Source of the DNA: an uncultured delta proteobacterium
GTDB taxonomy: Bacteria > Myxococcota > UBA727 > VGSZ01
DNA length: 64,000 bases
Assembly: GCA_963775425.1 (NCBI GenBank)
Contig: CAVZJB010000016.1
Coordinates: 1,024,001 to 1,088,000, forward strand
Direction: 5' to 3'
Each line of letters opens with the position of its first letter. Position 1 is the first letter of the stretch. This document shows positions 39,204 to 48,322 of this stretch, piece after piece. The position numbers and the translations under genes were made by a program. Under the pieces are notes generated by a model that was not told the origin of the DNA, searched no databases, and saw nothing but the letters and a program-made list of their open reading frames with translations.

Positions 39204-40532
39204 GTGGATTTGTTCGAGCGCGCCGCCGAGACCGACCCCGCGGGCGTTCCGCTCGCGGAGCGCATGCGCCCGCGCTCACTCGACGAGGTCGTCGGCCAGC
39301 CGCACCTCGTCGGCGCCAACTCCTTCCTTCAGCGCGCCGTCAAGAGCGGGCGGCTGCCGTCCATCGTGCTGTGGGGGCCCCCCGGGACCGGCAAGACCAC
39401 CATCGCCGAAGCGCTCGCGCGCGACGTGAAGGGGCGGTTCGTGAAGATGTCGGCGGTGCTCGCCGGCATCAAGGACATCCGCGAGGCCATCGAGGAGGCC
39501 CGGCGCGCGCGCGCCGAGCGCCGCGAGCTCACGCTGCTGTTCATCGACGAGATCCACCGCTTCAACAAGGCGCAGCAAGACGCGCTCCTGCCCCACGTCG
39601 AAAAGGGCGTGGTCACGCTCGTCGGCGCCACCACCGAGAACCCGTCGTTCGAGGTGAACGCCGCCCTGCTCTCGCGCTGCCGGGTCCTCGTCACCAAGCC
39701 CATCCCCGCCGCCGACCTCTCCGCCCTCGCCGCCCGCGCCCTGAGCGACCCGCGCGGGCTCGCCGACCGCGGCCTCTCCCTCGACGACGTCGCCCGCCGC
39801 GTCCTCGTGCAGGCCGCGGGCGGCGACGCGCGGCGGCTGCTGACGTCCCTCGAGGTGGCCGCCGACATGGCCGACGCCGACCCGGAGGCGCGCAGCGACG
39901 GCGCGGTGACCATCGGGCGCGCGCACGTCGAGCAGGCCATCTCGCGCCGTGTGCTCCTCTATGACCAGGGCGGCGAGGAGCACTACAACGTCGTCAGCGC
40001 CTTCATCAAGAGCCTGCGCGGCTCGGACCCCGACGCCGCCATGCACTACATGACGCGCATGCTCGAGGCCGGCGAGGACCCCGTCTTCATCCTGCGCCGC
40101 CTCGTGATCTTCGCGTCCGAGGACATCGGCAGCGCCGACCCCATGGCGCTCGTCGTCGCGGTCAACGCGCTGCAGGCGTTTCAGCTCGTGGGGATGCCCG
40201 AGGGATTGCTGCCGCTCACGCAGGCCACCACGTATCTGGCGTCGGCGCCGAAGTCGAACGCGGTCCTCCTCGCCTACGACGCCGCTCGCAAAGACGTCCT
40301 CGCGCACGGGGCGTTGCCGGTGCCGCTCCACATCCGCAACGCGCCCACCAAGCTCATGGAGGGCATGGGCTACGGCGTCGAGTACAGATACCCGCACGAC
40401 TACGACGGCGCGTACGTCGTCGAGGACTACCTGCCGGAGAAGCTCAAGGGGCACCGCTACTACCAGCCCAAGGGCAACGGACACGAGGCGGTCATCAACG
40501 AGCGGCTCGAGCGGCTCCGCGGCAAGCCGTGA
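39204..40532 (+). CDS. rarA: Replication-associated recombination protein A (RarA/MgsA AAA+ ATPase)
   Basis: PLAERMRP, WGPPGTGKTT, FIDEIHRFNKAQQD, SAFIKSLRGSDPDAA and YRYPHD. Confidence 0.97.
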   Translation: MDLFERAAETDPAGVPLAERMRPRSLDEVVGQPHLVGANSFLQRAVKSGRLPSIVLWGPPGTGKTTIAEALARDVKGRFVKMSAVLAGIKDIREAIEEARRARAERRELTLLFIDEIHRFNKAQQDALLPHVEKGVVTLVGATTENPSFEVNAALLSRCRVLVTKPIPAADLSALAARALSDPRGLADRGLSLDDVARRVLVQAAGGDARRLLTSLEVAADMADADPEARSDGAVTIGRAHVEQAISRRVLLYDQGGEEHYNVVSAFIKSLRGSDPDAAMHYMTRMLEAGEDPVFILRRLVIFASEDIGSADPMALVVAVNALQAFQLVGMPEGLLPLTQATTYLASAPKSNAVLLAYDAARKDVLAHGALPVPLHIRNAPTKLMEGMGYGVEYRYPHDYDGAYVVEDYLPEKLKGHRYYQPKGNGHEAVINERLERLRGKP

Positions 40533-40594
40533 GAATGAACTGACCGTCGCACCGCGCGTGCGGTATGGTCCCCGCGGCTTTTCGCGGAGGTCTC

Positions 40595-41305
40595 ATGGCT
40601 CGCCTCTTCGCTCTCGCGCTCGTCCTCGGCACAAGCGCCTGCGTCTCTTTCTTTCCGCAACACGCCATCGATCCGGGTCGCGGCGCCGCGCCGCTCGAGC
40701 CGGGCCGCGCGGACTCGCACGTCACCCTCGCGGGGGGCATCCCGGGCGGCCTCGGCGGCTTCGGCATCGAGGGCCAGGTGAGCGACGACATCGCCGCCGG
40801 CTTCGACATCCAAAGCGGCGCGCAGGACTCCTCCGCCGGCCTGATCGTCCCGTCCGGCAGCTACCTCACGCTGCAATACAACCCCTCGGGTTGGACCAGC
40901 ATCGCGGTGCGCGGCGCCGCCGGCATGGGCGTCGACGTGCTCCCCGGCGCGCCGGGCACGCCGGTGGCCCCCTGGCTCGGCGGCACCGCGGGCATCGTCA
41001 CGTCCGCCACGCTCGGCAGCCTCACGCCCTACCTCGGGCTCGACGTCGGCGCGCGCCGCTACGTCGGCGGCCCCGACAACGCCGTCACCAAGGTGAAGAA
41101 CATCAACGGCGTCGGCCTCATCGACAACCAGCTCTCGGGCAACGCCACGTTCGGTCTTCGCTTCGACGTCACGCACAGCTTCGCGGTGTACGGCTCCGGC
41201 AGCATCGCCGCGCTGCTGCTCACGCCCGACAGCGCCGGCCCCGAGACGGTCCCGCTCATCGAGCCCTCGGGCAACGGGCAGCTCGGCGTCTCCTGCACCT
41301 TCTGA
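40595..41305 (+). CDS. Hypothetical lipoprotein/outer-membrane beta-rich protein
   Basis: GGAGG RBS, TSAC lipobox-like motif, alternating beta-strand pattern and C-terminal Phe. Confidence 0.65.
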   Translation: MARLFALALVLGTSACVSFFPQHAIDPGRGAAPLEPGRADSHVTLAGGIPGGLGGFGIEGQVSDDIAAGFDIQSGAQDSSAGLIVPSGSYLTLQYNPSGWTSIAVRGAAGMGVDVLPGAPGTPVAPWLGGTAGIVTSATLGSLTPYLGLDVGARRYVGGPDNAVTKVKNINGVGLIDNQLSGNATFGLRFDVTHSFAVYGSGSIAALLLTPDSAGPETVPLIEPSGNGQLGVSCTF

Positions 41306-41333
41306 GCTCCTCCACCTTCTGAGCTCCTGCACC
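41290..41333. repeat. 17-bp tandem repeat, about 2.6 copies, spanning a stop codon
   Basis: CTCCTGCACCTTCTGAG / CTCCTCCACCTTCTGAG / CTCCTGCACC. Confidence 0.7.
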
Positions 41334-41386
41334 GAGCGGGGGGCGACGCGGTTGACGCGCCGCGGAGAACGCAGAAGACCGCCGGC

Positions 41387-43168
41387 ATGCGAATGCTCGC
41401 CGTCGCCGCCTTCGCCTCCCTCTTGTCTTGCGCCACGGCCAGGCCCGCGCCTGCCGCGGTCGTCGCGCCCGCGCCGCCTGCCGGGCCCGCGGCCGGCGAC
41501 GCGGCGGACGGCGACCCGGCGGACGGCGACGCCGCGCCCGACGAGGACGGTCCCTACGAAAACGCGCGCCCCGAGCCGCGGCCCGACATCCCCGTCGGGA
41601 AGACGCTCACGGCGTACACCGGCCCGCGCTTCGTGACCGGTGAGAGCTTCGTGCCCGTCGCCGACACCGTCATCGCCGACGAGACCGGTCGCGTGCGCGC
41701 GCTCGCGAAGGGCCCGCCGCCCAAAGGGCTCCCCGTGGTCAAGCTGCCGGGCAAGCTCGCGGTCGCCGGCCTCCACGACGCGCACATCCACGTGCAGAGC
41801 ATCGGGCGCGCGCGCGAAGGCGTGGGCCTGCTCGGCGTGACGTCGCCGGCGGCGGCGAAGAGGAAGGTGAAGGCGTGGGCGAAGAAGCATCACGACGCGG
41901 CGGCGGTGGAGGGGCGCGGCTGGGATCAGTCGCGCTTCCCCGGGAAGAAGTGGCCGACGTGGCAGCAGCTCGAGGGCGCCACCGACAAGCCCGTCTTCCT
42001 CGAGCGCGTCGACGGCCACGCGGCGTGGGTGAACCGCGCGCTCCTGAAGCTCGCGGGCATCACCAAGGACACACCCGATCCCGCGGGCGGCAAGATCCTG
42101 CGCGACGACAAGGGTGAGCCCACGGGCGTCCTCATCGACAACGCGGTCGACCTGGTCGCCAAGAAGCTGCCGGCGCCGACGCCGGCGGACATCGAGCGCT
42201 GGTACCTCGCGGGCATGAAGGCCTGCGCCGACGCCGGGCTCGTCGGCGTCCACCTCATGGGCATCACCGTCGACGCCGCCAAGGTGCTCGAGAAGCTCGA
42301 CGACCAAAAGAAGCTCCCCGTGCGCGTGTTCGCGTACCTCCTCGGCAGCGAGGACGCCTCCTTCGACTTCCTCGCGCACCTCGACAGGCCGCCCAGCGAG
42401 CACCTGCGCTTCATGGGCATCAAGCTGTTCGCCGACGGCGCCATGGGCAGCCGCGGCGCCGCTCTGCTCGCGCCCTACGACGACGACAAGGGCAACAGCG
42501 GGCTGCTCGTCACCGATCCCAAGGACCTCGCGGAGCGCGTCGCGCGCGTGCACAAGCTCGGCTACGCCGCCGCCGTCCACGCCATCGGCGACCGCGCCAA
42601 CCGCATCGTGCTCGACGCCATGAAGGCGTCGCCGGCGCCTGAGGGCGCGCGCGATCGCATCGAGCACGCGCAGCTCGTCGCGCCCGAGGACTTCCAGCGC
42701 TTCCACGACGAGCACGTCATCGCGTCCATGCAGCCCACGCACGCCACCAGCGACATGCGCTGGGCCGAGCAGCGCGTCGGCGCCGAGCGCCTCAAGGGCG
42801 CCTACGCGTGGCGCACCATGCTCGACGACAAGGTGCGGCTCGCGTTCGGCTCGGACGCCCCCGTCGAGAGCGAGCGGCCGGTGCTCGGCATCTACGCCGC
42901 CGTCACGCGCCAGGACGCGGACGGCCACCCGGCCGGGGGCTTTTTGCCCGAACAGCGGCTGACGCAGGCGGAGACGCTCGCCGCGTTCGCCGCGGGCGCC
43001 GCGTACGCGGTCGACATGGAGCAACAGCTCGGCGCGCTCACGCCCGGGATGTTTTTCGACGTGAGCCTCTTTTCCGATGACGCCGCCGCGGCGAAGGACC
43101 CGAAGGCCTGGCTCAAGACCCGGGTTGTCGGTACGGTGGTCGGCGGCGTGCTCCGCGAGGTGAAGTAG
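41387..43168 (+). CDS. Amidohydrolase family 3 (YtcJ-like), lipoprotein
   Basis: GLHDAHIH, RVDGHAAWVN, KLFADGAMGSRGA, HAIGDRA, RIEHAQ and FGSDAPV, plus an LLSC lipobox. Confidence 0.92.
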   Translation: MRMLAVAAFASLLSCATARPAPAAVVAPAPPAGPAAGDAADGDPADGDAAPDEDGPYENARPEPRPDIPVGKTLTAYTGPRFVTGESFVPVADTVIADETGRVRALAKGPPPKGLPVVKLPGKLAVAGLHDAHIHVQSIGRAREGVGLLGVTSPAAAKRKVKAWAKKHHDAAAVEGRGWDQSRFPGKKWPTWQQLEGATDKPVFLERVDGHAAWVNRALLKLAGITKDTPDPAGGKILRDDKGEPTGVLIDNAVDLVAKKLPAPTPADIERWYLAGMKACADAGLVGVHLMGITVDAAKVLEKLDDQKKLPVRVFAYLLGSEDASFDFLAHLDRPPSEHLRFMGIKLFADGAMGSRGAALLAPYDDDKGNSGLLVTDPKDLAERVARVHKLGYAAAVHAIGDRANRIVLDAMKASPAPEGARDRIEHAQLVAPEDFQRFHDEHVIASMQPTHATSDMRWAEQRVGAERLKGAYAWRTMLDDKVRLAFGSDAPVESERPVLGIYAAVTRQDADGHPAGGFLPEQRLTQAETLAAFAAGAAYAVDMEQQLGALTPGMFFDVSLFSDDAAAAKDPKAWLKTRVVGTVVGGVLREVK

Positions 43169-43449
43169 TGGCCAAGAAGAAGAAAAAGCCGGCCGGCGAG
43201 GCCCCGAAGGACGCCAAGAGCGCCGGCGCGGCGAACAAGTCGTCGACGCCGTCGGCGCCGCAGACCGCCGCAGACATCGCGCTCGCCAAGGGCAACTACT
43301 CGGCCGTGCGCGCGCTCGCCAAGAGCGGCGACGCCGAGGCCGAGAAGCTCTTCCCGCTGATCCGCATCGACATGGGGCAGGTCGCCGCCGGCATCGTGGC
43401 GTTCCTCGTCGTCACCACCATCGCGCTCATCACCGTCCACGGAGGCTGA
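43168..43449 (+). CDS. Small hypothetical protein with C-terminal TM helix
   Basis: The start overlaps the upstream stop. Good codon usage and a hydrophobic tail. Confidence 0.65.
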   Translation: MAKKKKKPAGEAPKDAKSAGAANKSSTPSAPQTAADIALAKGNYSAVRALAKSGDAEAEKLFPLIRIDMGQVAAGIVAFLVVTTIALITVHGG

Positions 43450-43482
43450 GCGGGCCGGCTCCGGCGCCCGGCCACGCGGTGC

Positions 43483-44688
43483 TCACGCGCGCTTGGCCAC
43501 GCGGTGCTCGAGCTCGAGCACGAACGGCAGCGGGTCGTCCGCCGCGAACACGTCGGGCTCGGCGAGGAAGAGGTCGGTGTCGACGATCTCGCGCAGGGAG
43601 CCCAGGCGCTTCTTGAGCACGCCGCGGCCCTCGAGCCGCCCCACCAGCCGCCGCGCGCGGCGCGCCATCACCTCGAGGTCGCCGACCACCCAACGCCACA
43701 CGTGCCCCGCCTCCGCCGTCTGCACCGACAGCGGCGGTGGCGCCCCGCGCGCGAGCGCCTCGCACAGCACGGGCACGTTGACGCCGGCGCTGATGGCGAG
43801 CTGCAACGAGCCCCACAGGCGCCCGATGACGTTCACGATGTGAAGCACGCCGTCGTCGCCGCGGAACAGCTCCACCATCGCCGGCCCCTGCCACGACAGC
43901 GACGCGAGCACGGCGCGGGCCTTCTCCCGCACCTCCTCGTCGACGGGCAGCGTGCGGGCCAGCGTGGAGACACCGGAGAGATCGCCGCGCTCGCGCAGCC
44001 GCTCCTGGAACACCTCCGCGAGCACGCGCCCCTCGTCACACACGGCGCCGTAAGCGAGCCAGCGGCCCGGCGGGCGCGGCTCGAGCAGGCAGCCGGCGCG
44101 CACGAGGTCTTCGCGCGCGTACAGGAGGCGGCGCACGTCCGCGAGCGTCTCCACGGGGATGCTCTGCGCCAGCCGCCGCGTGCCGTCCTCGCGCTCCACC
44201 CAGGGGACCAGCGGCCGCACGATCACGGGCACGGCGCCGAGCGCGTCGAGCTTGCGCAGCGCGGGCTCCACGGCGTCGGGGACGTCGACGCGCAGGGTCT
44301 GGATGCTCGGGATGCCGAGCGCGCGCGCGCGATCGTGCAGGGCGGTGCGGTCGAGGGCGCGCGCGACGGCGTCGTGGGGGGGCATTGTGCGCCGCGCCCC
44401 CTCGGGGAGCTGGTCGCGCCAGCGCGACAGCGCCCACAGCGCGTCGTCGGTGGCGGTGAGGATGAGGTGGCAGCGACGCCCGGCGGCCTCGTCGGCGATG
44501 GTCTCGGCGAAGCGGTGCGCCTCCGCGCCCGCGTCGGGCACCAGCAGCGTCGACGTGGCGTACCGGGACCACATCGCCAGCGCCGGCCGCTGCGGCGCCG
44601 CGACGGCGACCGCCACGCCGGCGCGTCCCAGCGCGCGCACCGCCGCGAGCCCGGCGCGCGTGTGCCCACACGTGATGAGCGCGGTCAT
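43483..44688 (-). CDS. ATP-grasp / carboxylate-amine ligase-like protein
   Basis: LAAVRALGRAG, WSRY, WQGPAMVEL and GRLWGSLQLAISAGVNVP. Several usual Lys/Glu positions look substituted (DRT, IVRP, NVIGR). Confidence 0.75.
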   Translation of the reverse strand: MTALITCGHTRAGLAAVRALGRAGVAVAVAAPQRPALAMWSRYATSTLLVPDAGAEAHRFAETIADEAAGRRCHLILTATDDALWALSRWRDQLPEGARRTMPPHDAVARALDRTALHDRARALGIPSIQTLRVDVPDAVEPALRKLDALGAVPVIVRPLVPWVEREDGTRRLAQSIPVETLADVRRLLYAREDLVRAGCLLEPRPPGRWLAYGAVCDEGRVLAEVFQERLRERGDLSGVSTLARTLPVDEEVREKARAVLASLSWQGPAMVELFRGDDGVLHIVNVIGRLWGSLQLAISAGVNVPVLCEALARGAPPPLSVQTAEAGHVWRWVVGDLEVMARRARRLVGRLEGRGVLKKRLGSLREIVDTDLFLAEPDVFAADDPLPFVLELEHRVAKRA

Positions 44689-44820
44689 CGGCCCCCGCCG
44701 TCCCCGACGGGCGCTGCGGCGGCGGCCCCGTTGAACAATGCCATCACGTGCCCGTCTTAGCGGATGAACCCGTCGGAAGTGAAATTGACTCGGCTTTTCA
44801 GCGATCCATACTCGCCGCGT

Positions 44821-45852
44821 ATGCGCGTGTCGGGCCCCGTCTTCGGGCTGGTCGTCGCCCTCTGCACCGCGGCTGTCGGCGCGGGGCCGGCGCGGGCCGC
44901 GGCGTCCGACAACGGCCCGTGGCTCAACGCGCTCTCGGCGGCGTTCGTGGTCATCGATCTCACCACCGGCGACCTCGACGGCGACGGCAAGGACGAGACC
45001 GTCGCGTGCTACCGCGAGGACGTCGAGCGCACCGTACAAAAGAGCGGCATCGCCATCTTCAGCGGCAAGGGGGCATCGTCGCGGCCGGTCTTCCACGTGC
45101 AGCTCGATCGCGTGCTCTGCGAGAAGGTGCGTATCAGCGGGCGCCAGCTCGGCATCCTGCTGGCGGGCGACAAGCGGCTCGTGTGGACCTACGGCAAGGA
45201 GATCCAGTTCGGACAAGTGGACATGGTGGCGTCGGCGTCGTCGTCGAAGGACGGCTCGCACGGTCCCGACAAGGCCATCGACGGCGACCTCCGCACGTCG
45301 TGGGCCGAGGGCGCCGAGGGCACCGGCCTCGGTCAGACCATCACGCTCAAGCTCAAGAAGCCCACGGACATCGGCGCCATCGGCATCTTCGGCGGCAACG
45401 GCAGCAGCGAGCGCGCCTACTTCGACGACAACCGCATCCACCGCGGCTCGTTCGAGATGAAGACCGAAGCCGACGTCGGCGACGCCGCCGCCGGCATCGA
45501 CTTCTCCTCGCTCGGCATCGAGTCGCTCGGCGACCGCCAGGAGTTCACCGTCGACAACAAGCCCGCGGTCACCTACATCCGCGTCGGCCGCAAGGACGTG
45601 GTCCAGGTCCAACTCCGCGTCGACAGCGTGTACCTCGGGGACAAAAAGGACGACACGCACGTCGCCGAAATCGAAATCGTCCCCCTGCTCTCGCTCTCCG
45701 AGACCGTCGACCGCGCCACCGACGTCGCGCAGAAGCCCAAGGTCGACGGACACGACGGCGCGCCGCAGAAGCCGCGCGTCAACAAGGGCGACGACGCCGT
45801 GAAGAAGCTCGACGCGAGCGGCAGCCCGCTCATCGGCGACGACGGCCTGTAG
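44821..45852 (+). CDS. Secreted protein with FG-GAP-like motif and discoidin/F5-8C-like glycan-binding domain
   Basis: Signal peptide, GDLDGDGKDE, AIDGDLRTSWAEG...GLGQTITL and VAEIEI. Confidence 0.75.
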   Translation: MRVSGPVFGLVVALCTAAVGAGPARAAASDNGPWLNALSAAFVVIDLTTGDLDGDGKDETVACYREDVERTVQKSGIAIFSGKGASSRPVFHVQLDRVLCEKVRISGRQLGILLAGDKRLVWTYGKEIQFGQVDMVASASSSKDGSHGPDKAIDGDLRTSWAEGAEGTGLGQTITLKLKKPTDIGAIGIFGGNGSSERAYFDDNRIHRGSFEMKTEADVGDAAAGIDFSSLGIESLGDRQEFTVDNKPAVTYIRVGRKDVVQVQLRVDSVYLGDKKDDTHVAEIEIVPLLSLSETVDRATDVAQKPKVDGHDGAPQKPRVNKGDDAVKKLDASGSPLIGDDGL

Positions 45853-45855
45853 CCC

Positions 45856-48303
45856 TCACTCGAACGAGATGGTGTGCGACTCGCGCTCGCCGGGCTTGAG
45901 CGTGACGACGAAGGTCTTCTTGTTCGGCGGGTGCGAGACCGTGACGGTGTGGCGCCCGGCGCGCAGCTCCACCTTGAGCGGCGTGGTCTCGGCATAGGTG
46001 TGGCCGTCGATGGTGACCTTGCCCCACATCGCGTCCTTGGTCTTCACGATGAGCGTGGCCATGGCGGGGCGCCCGCGCGTCCGCTCGCGATGCGGCCGCG
46101 TATCTTCCGGCTTGTCGTCCGGGACCTTCTCGACGGGGACGAGGTCGAACGACACCGACAGCGGCTCGCCGGCGGTGGCCGTGACCTCGCGCTTCTCCGG
46201 CGTGAAGCCCGGCGCGCTCGCCTGCACCGTGACGGGCTCGCCGGGCGAAACGCCCATCCCCTCGACGTACGGCTTTTGCTCCTCGTCGCCCACGAGCACG
46301 ACGGCGTCCGCCGGCTTCACCTCGACGTGGAGCGGGACGTCCGCGGCCGTGAGCGCGACGTCGACCACCTGATCGCGCGCGTCCTGCGCCGGCACGTCGA
46401 TGCGCACGGAGCGCTCCTGGTAGCCGGGCGCCTTCAGCGTGATGACGAGCGTGTCGCCCGGGATGGCCGAGAACTGGGCCGGCACCGGCGCCTCGCGATC
46501 GAGGGCGGCGGCGACGGCGCCCGGCGTGCTCGACTTCACCACGATGCGCACCGGCGTGGGCTTGACCATCGGGTGCTTCACCGGGAGCGCCGCCTGCCCC
46601 GCGGGCGGACGCGACAGAGCCACCGCGACGACCATGATGAGCGCGATGCCCGCGACCGACGCAGCCGCGAGGAGTACGAGGCCCTTCCTCGCGGCCCGCG
46701 GCCTCTTGCGCGGCAGCGAGCGCAAGCTCGCGCTCGTGTAGGGCGTCTCCTGCTCGGTGACGAGGCCGGCGGCCTCCGCCGTCTTCGTCTCCGCGGACGC
46801 CGCGAACTCGGCGGCCGCGGCGCTTTGGTCCTCGCTGCCGGGCCGGCTGCGGCGCACCAGGCTCGTCCTGCTCACGAGCGTCTGCGTGAGGAGCATGTCG
46901 CCCTGGGTCGGCTCTGCGCGGCGATCGGGCAACGAGGCCTCGGGGCGCCGATCGGCGCCGGGAGGGAGCGGCTGCGCTCGATCCGCGAGGCGCTTGTTCG
47001 ACTCGCCCGAGCGCATCTGCCGCGTGGCCGGCATGAGCGGCGTCTTGGACGCCGCCTGCGCCGCCGCGTTCGGTCCCGACGCGTACTGCGTGCGCGTCTC
47101 CGCGTCCGCCGGGATGCGCACCACCTCGCGCTCGGGCGCGCGCTCCTCGGGCGGTGGGCCCTTGGCCGTCGGCTCGGGCGCGCCCGCGGGCGGCGGCGGC
47201 GGCGCGGCCGGCGGCAGCGACACCGGCACGTGCTCACCACTGACGCCGATCTGTCCGCGCTCGAGCGCGAGCAGCTCCTCCTTCTCCTCGGGGAAGGCCC
47301 GCTCCATCACCTGCGCGATGCGCTTGTGCGTGAACGCGGGATCGGTGCGGTAGACGTACGCGCGCAGGTCGTCCGCGAAGTCCTCGGCCGAGTGGTAGCG
47401 CCGCTCGGGGTCGCGCGTGAGCGCCTTGTTGGCGATCTTGGCCAGCGGGGCGTCGCAGAAGCCGAGCTTCTTGAGGTCGGGCGCGTCGGTGTCCGTGATG
47501 TTGTCGTAGACCACCATCTCGTCGTCGCCCTGGTACAGCGTGCGGTTGGCGATGAGCTCCCACAGGACGATGCCGGCGGCGAAGACGTCGACGCGGTGGT
47601 CGAAGTCGCCCGTCTTCATGAAGCGCGCGGGATCGATCATCTCGGGCGCGAGGTAGCGGAGCTTGCCCTTGATGGTCCCGATCTCGGTCTCCTCGAGACA
47701 ATCGCGCGCGCGCGCGATGCCGAAGTCGATGACCTTCACGTGGCCGTCGAAAGACACCAGCACGTTCTGCGGGCTGACGTCGCGATGGATGATGTACGCG
47801 GGGTTGCCGCTCGCGTCCTTCTGCACGTGCGCGGCGTGGAGCCCCTGCAGGAGCTCGACGACGATGAAGCACGCCTCGAGGACGCCGAAGCGCTCGCCGC
47901 GCTCGCGGAGCTTCTTCACCACCGTGGACAGCGACTGCCCCGGCACGAACTCCATCACGATGAAGTAGTCGCCGTCCTGCTCGCACAGCTCCACGATGTT
48001 GGCGACGTTCGGGTGGTTGAGGAGGACCGTGATCTTGGCCTCGTCGACCATCATGCGGACGAACTGGGGATCCTGGCCGTAGCGCGGGAGGATGCGCTTG
48101 ATGGCGAGGGTCTTTTCGAAGCCGTGCGCGCCGAAGCTGCGCGCCGCGAACACCTCGGCCATGCCGCCGCGGGCGAGCTTCTTGAGCAAACGGTAACGCC
48201 CGAGGCTGTCCCCCGGTTGAGAGGGGCTCTGTCCGGTCTCCGAATACTCCGGCTCCGACGTGCCCACGACCGCATGAGACCAAATCCGCGCCCCGGGTTC
48301 CAC
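45856..48303 (-). CDS. Hanks-type Ser/Thr protein kinase with TM segment and PEGA-like extracellular domains
   Basis: LARGGMAEVF, AIKR, IIHRDVSPQN, IDFGIAR and KGKLRYLAPE. The start may be the GTG at 48267. Confidence 0.93.
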   Translation of the reverse strand: MEPGARIWSHAVVGTSEPEYSETGQSPSQPGDSLGRYRLLKKLARGGMAEVFAARSFGAHGFEKTLAIKRILPRYGQDPQFVRMMVDEAKITVLLNHPNVANIVELCEQDGDYFIVMEFVPGQSLSTVVKKLRERGERFGVLEACFIVVELLQGLHAAHVQKDASGNPAYIIHRDVSPQNVLVSFDGHVKVIDFGIARARDCLEETEIGTIKGKLRYLAPEMIDPARFMKTGDFDHRVDVFAAGIVLWELIANRTLYQGDDEMVVYDNITDTDAPDLKKLGFCDAPLAKIANKALTRDPERRYHSAEDFADDLRAYVYRTDPAFTHKRIAQVMERAFPEEKEELLALERGQIGVSGEHVPVSLPPAAPPPPPAGAPEPTAKGPPPEERAPEREVVRIPADAETRTQYASGPNAAAQAASKTPLMPATRQMRSGESNKRLADRAQPLPPGADRRPEASLPDRRAEPTQGDMLLTQTLVSRTSLVRRSRPGSEDQSAAAAEFAASAETKTAEAAGLVTEQETPYTSASLRSLPRKRPRAARKGLVLLAAASVAGIALIMVVAVALSRPPAGQAALPVKHPMVKPTPVRIVVKSSTPGAVAAALDREAPVPAQFSAIPGDTLVITLKAPGYQERSVRIDVPAQDARDQVVDVALTAADVPLHVEVKPADAVVLVGDEEQKPYVEGMGVSPGEPVTVQASAPGFTPEKREVTATAGEPLSVSFDLVPVEKVPDDKPEDTRPHRERTRGRPAMATLIVKTKDAMWGKVTIDGHTYAETTPLKVELRAGRHTVTVSHPPNKKTFVVTLKPGERESHTISFE

Positions 48304-48322
48304 TCGGCGCTATCCTTCCGGC

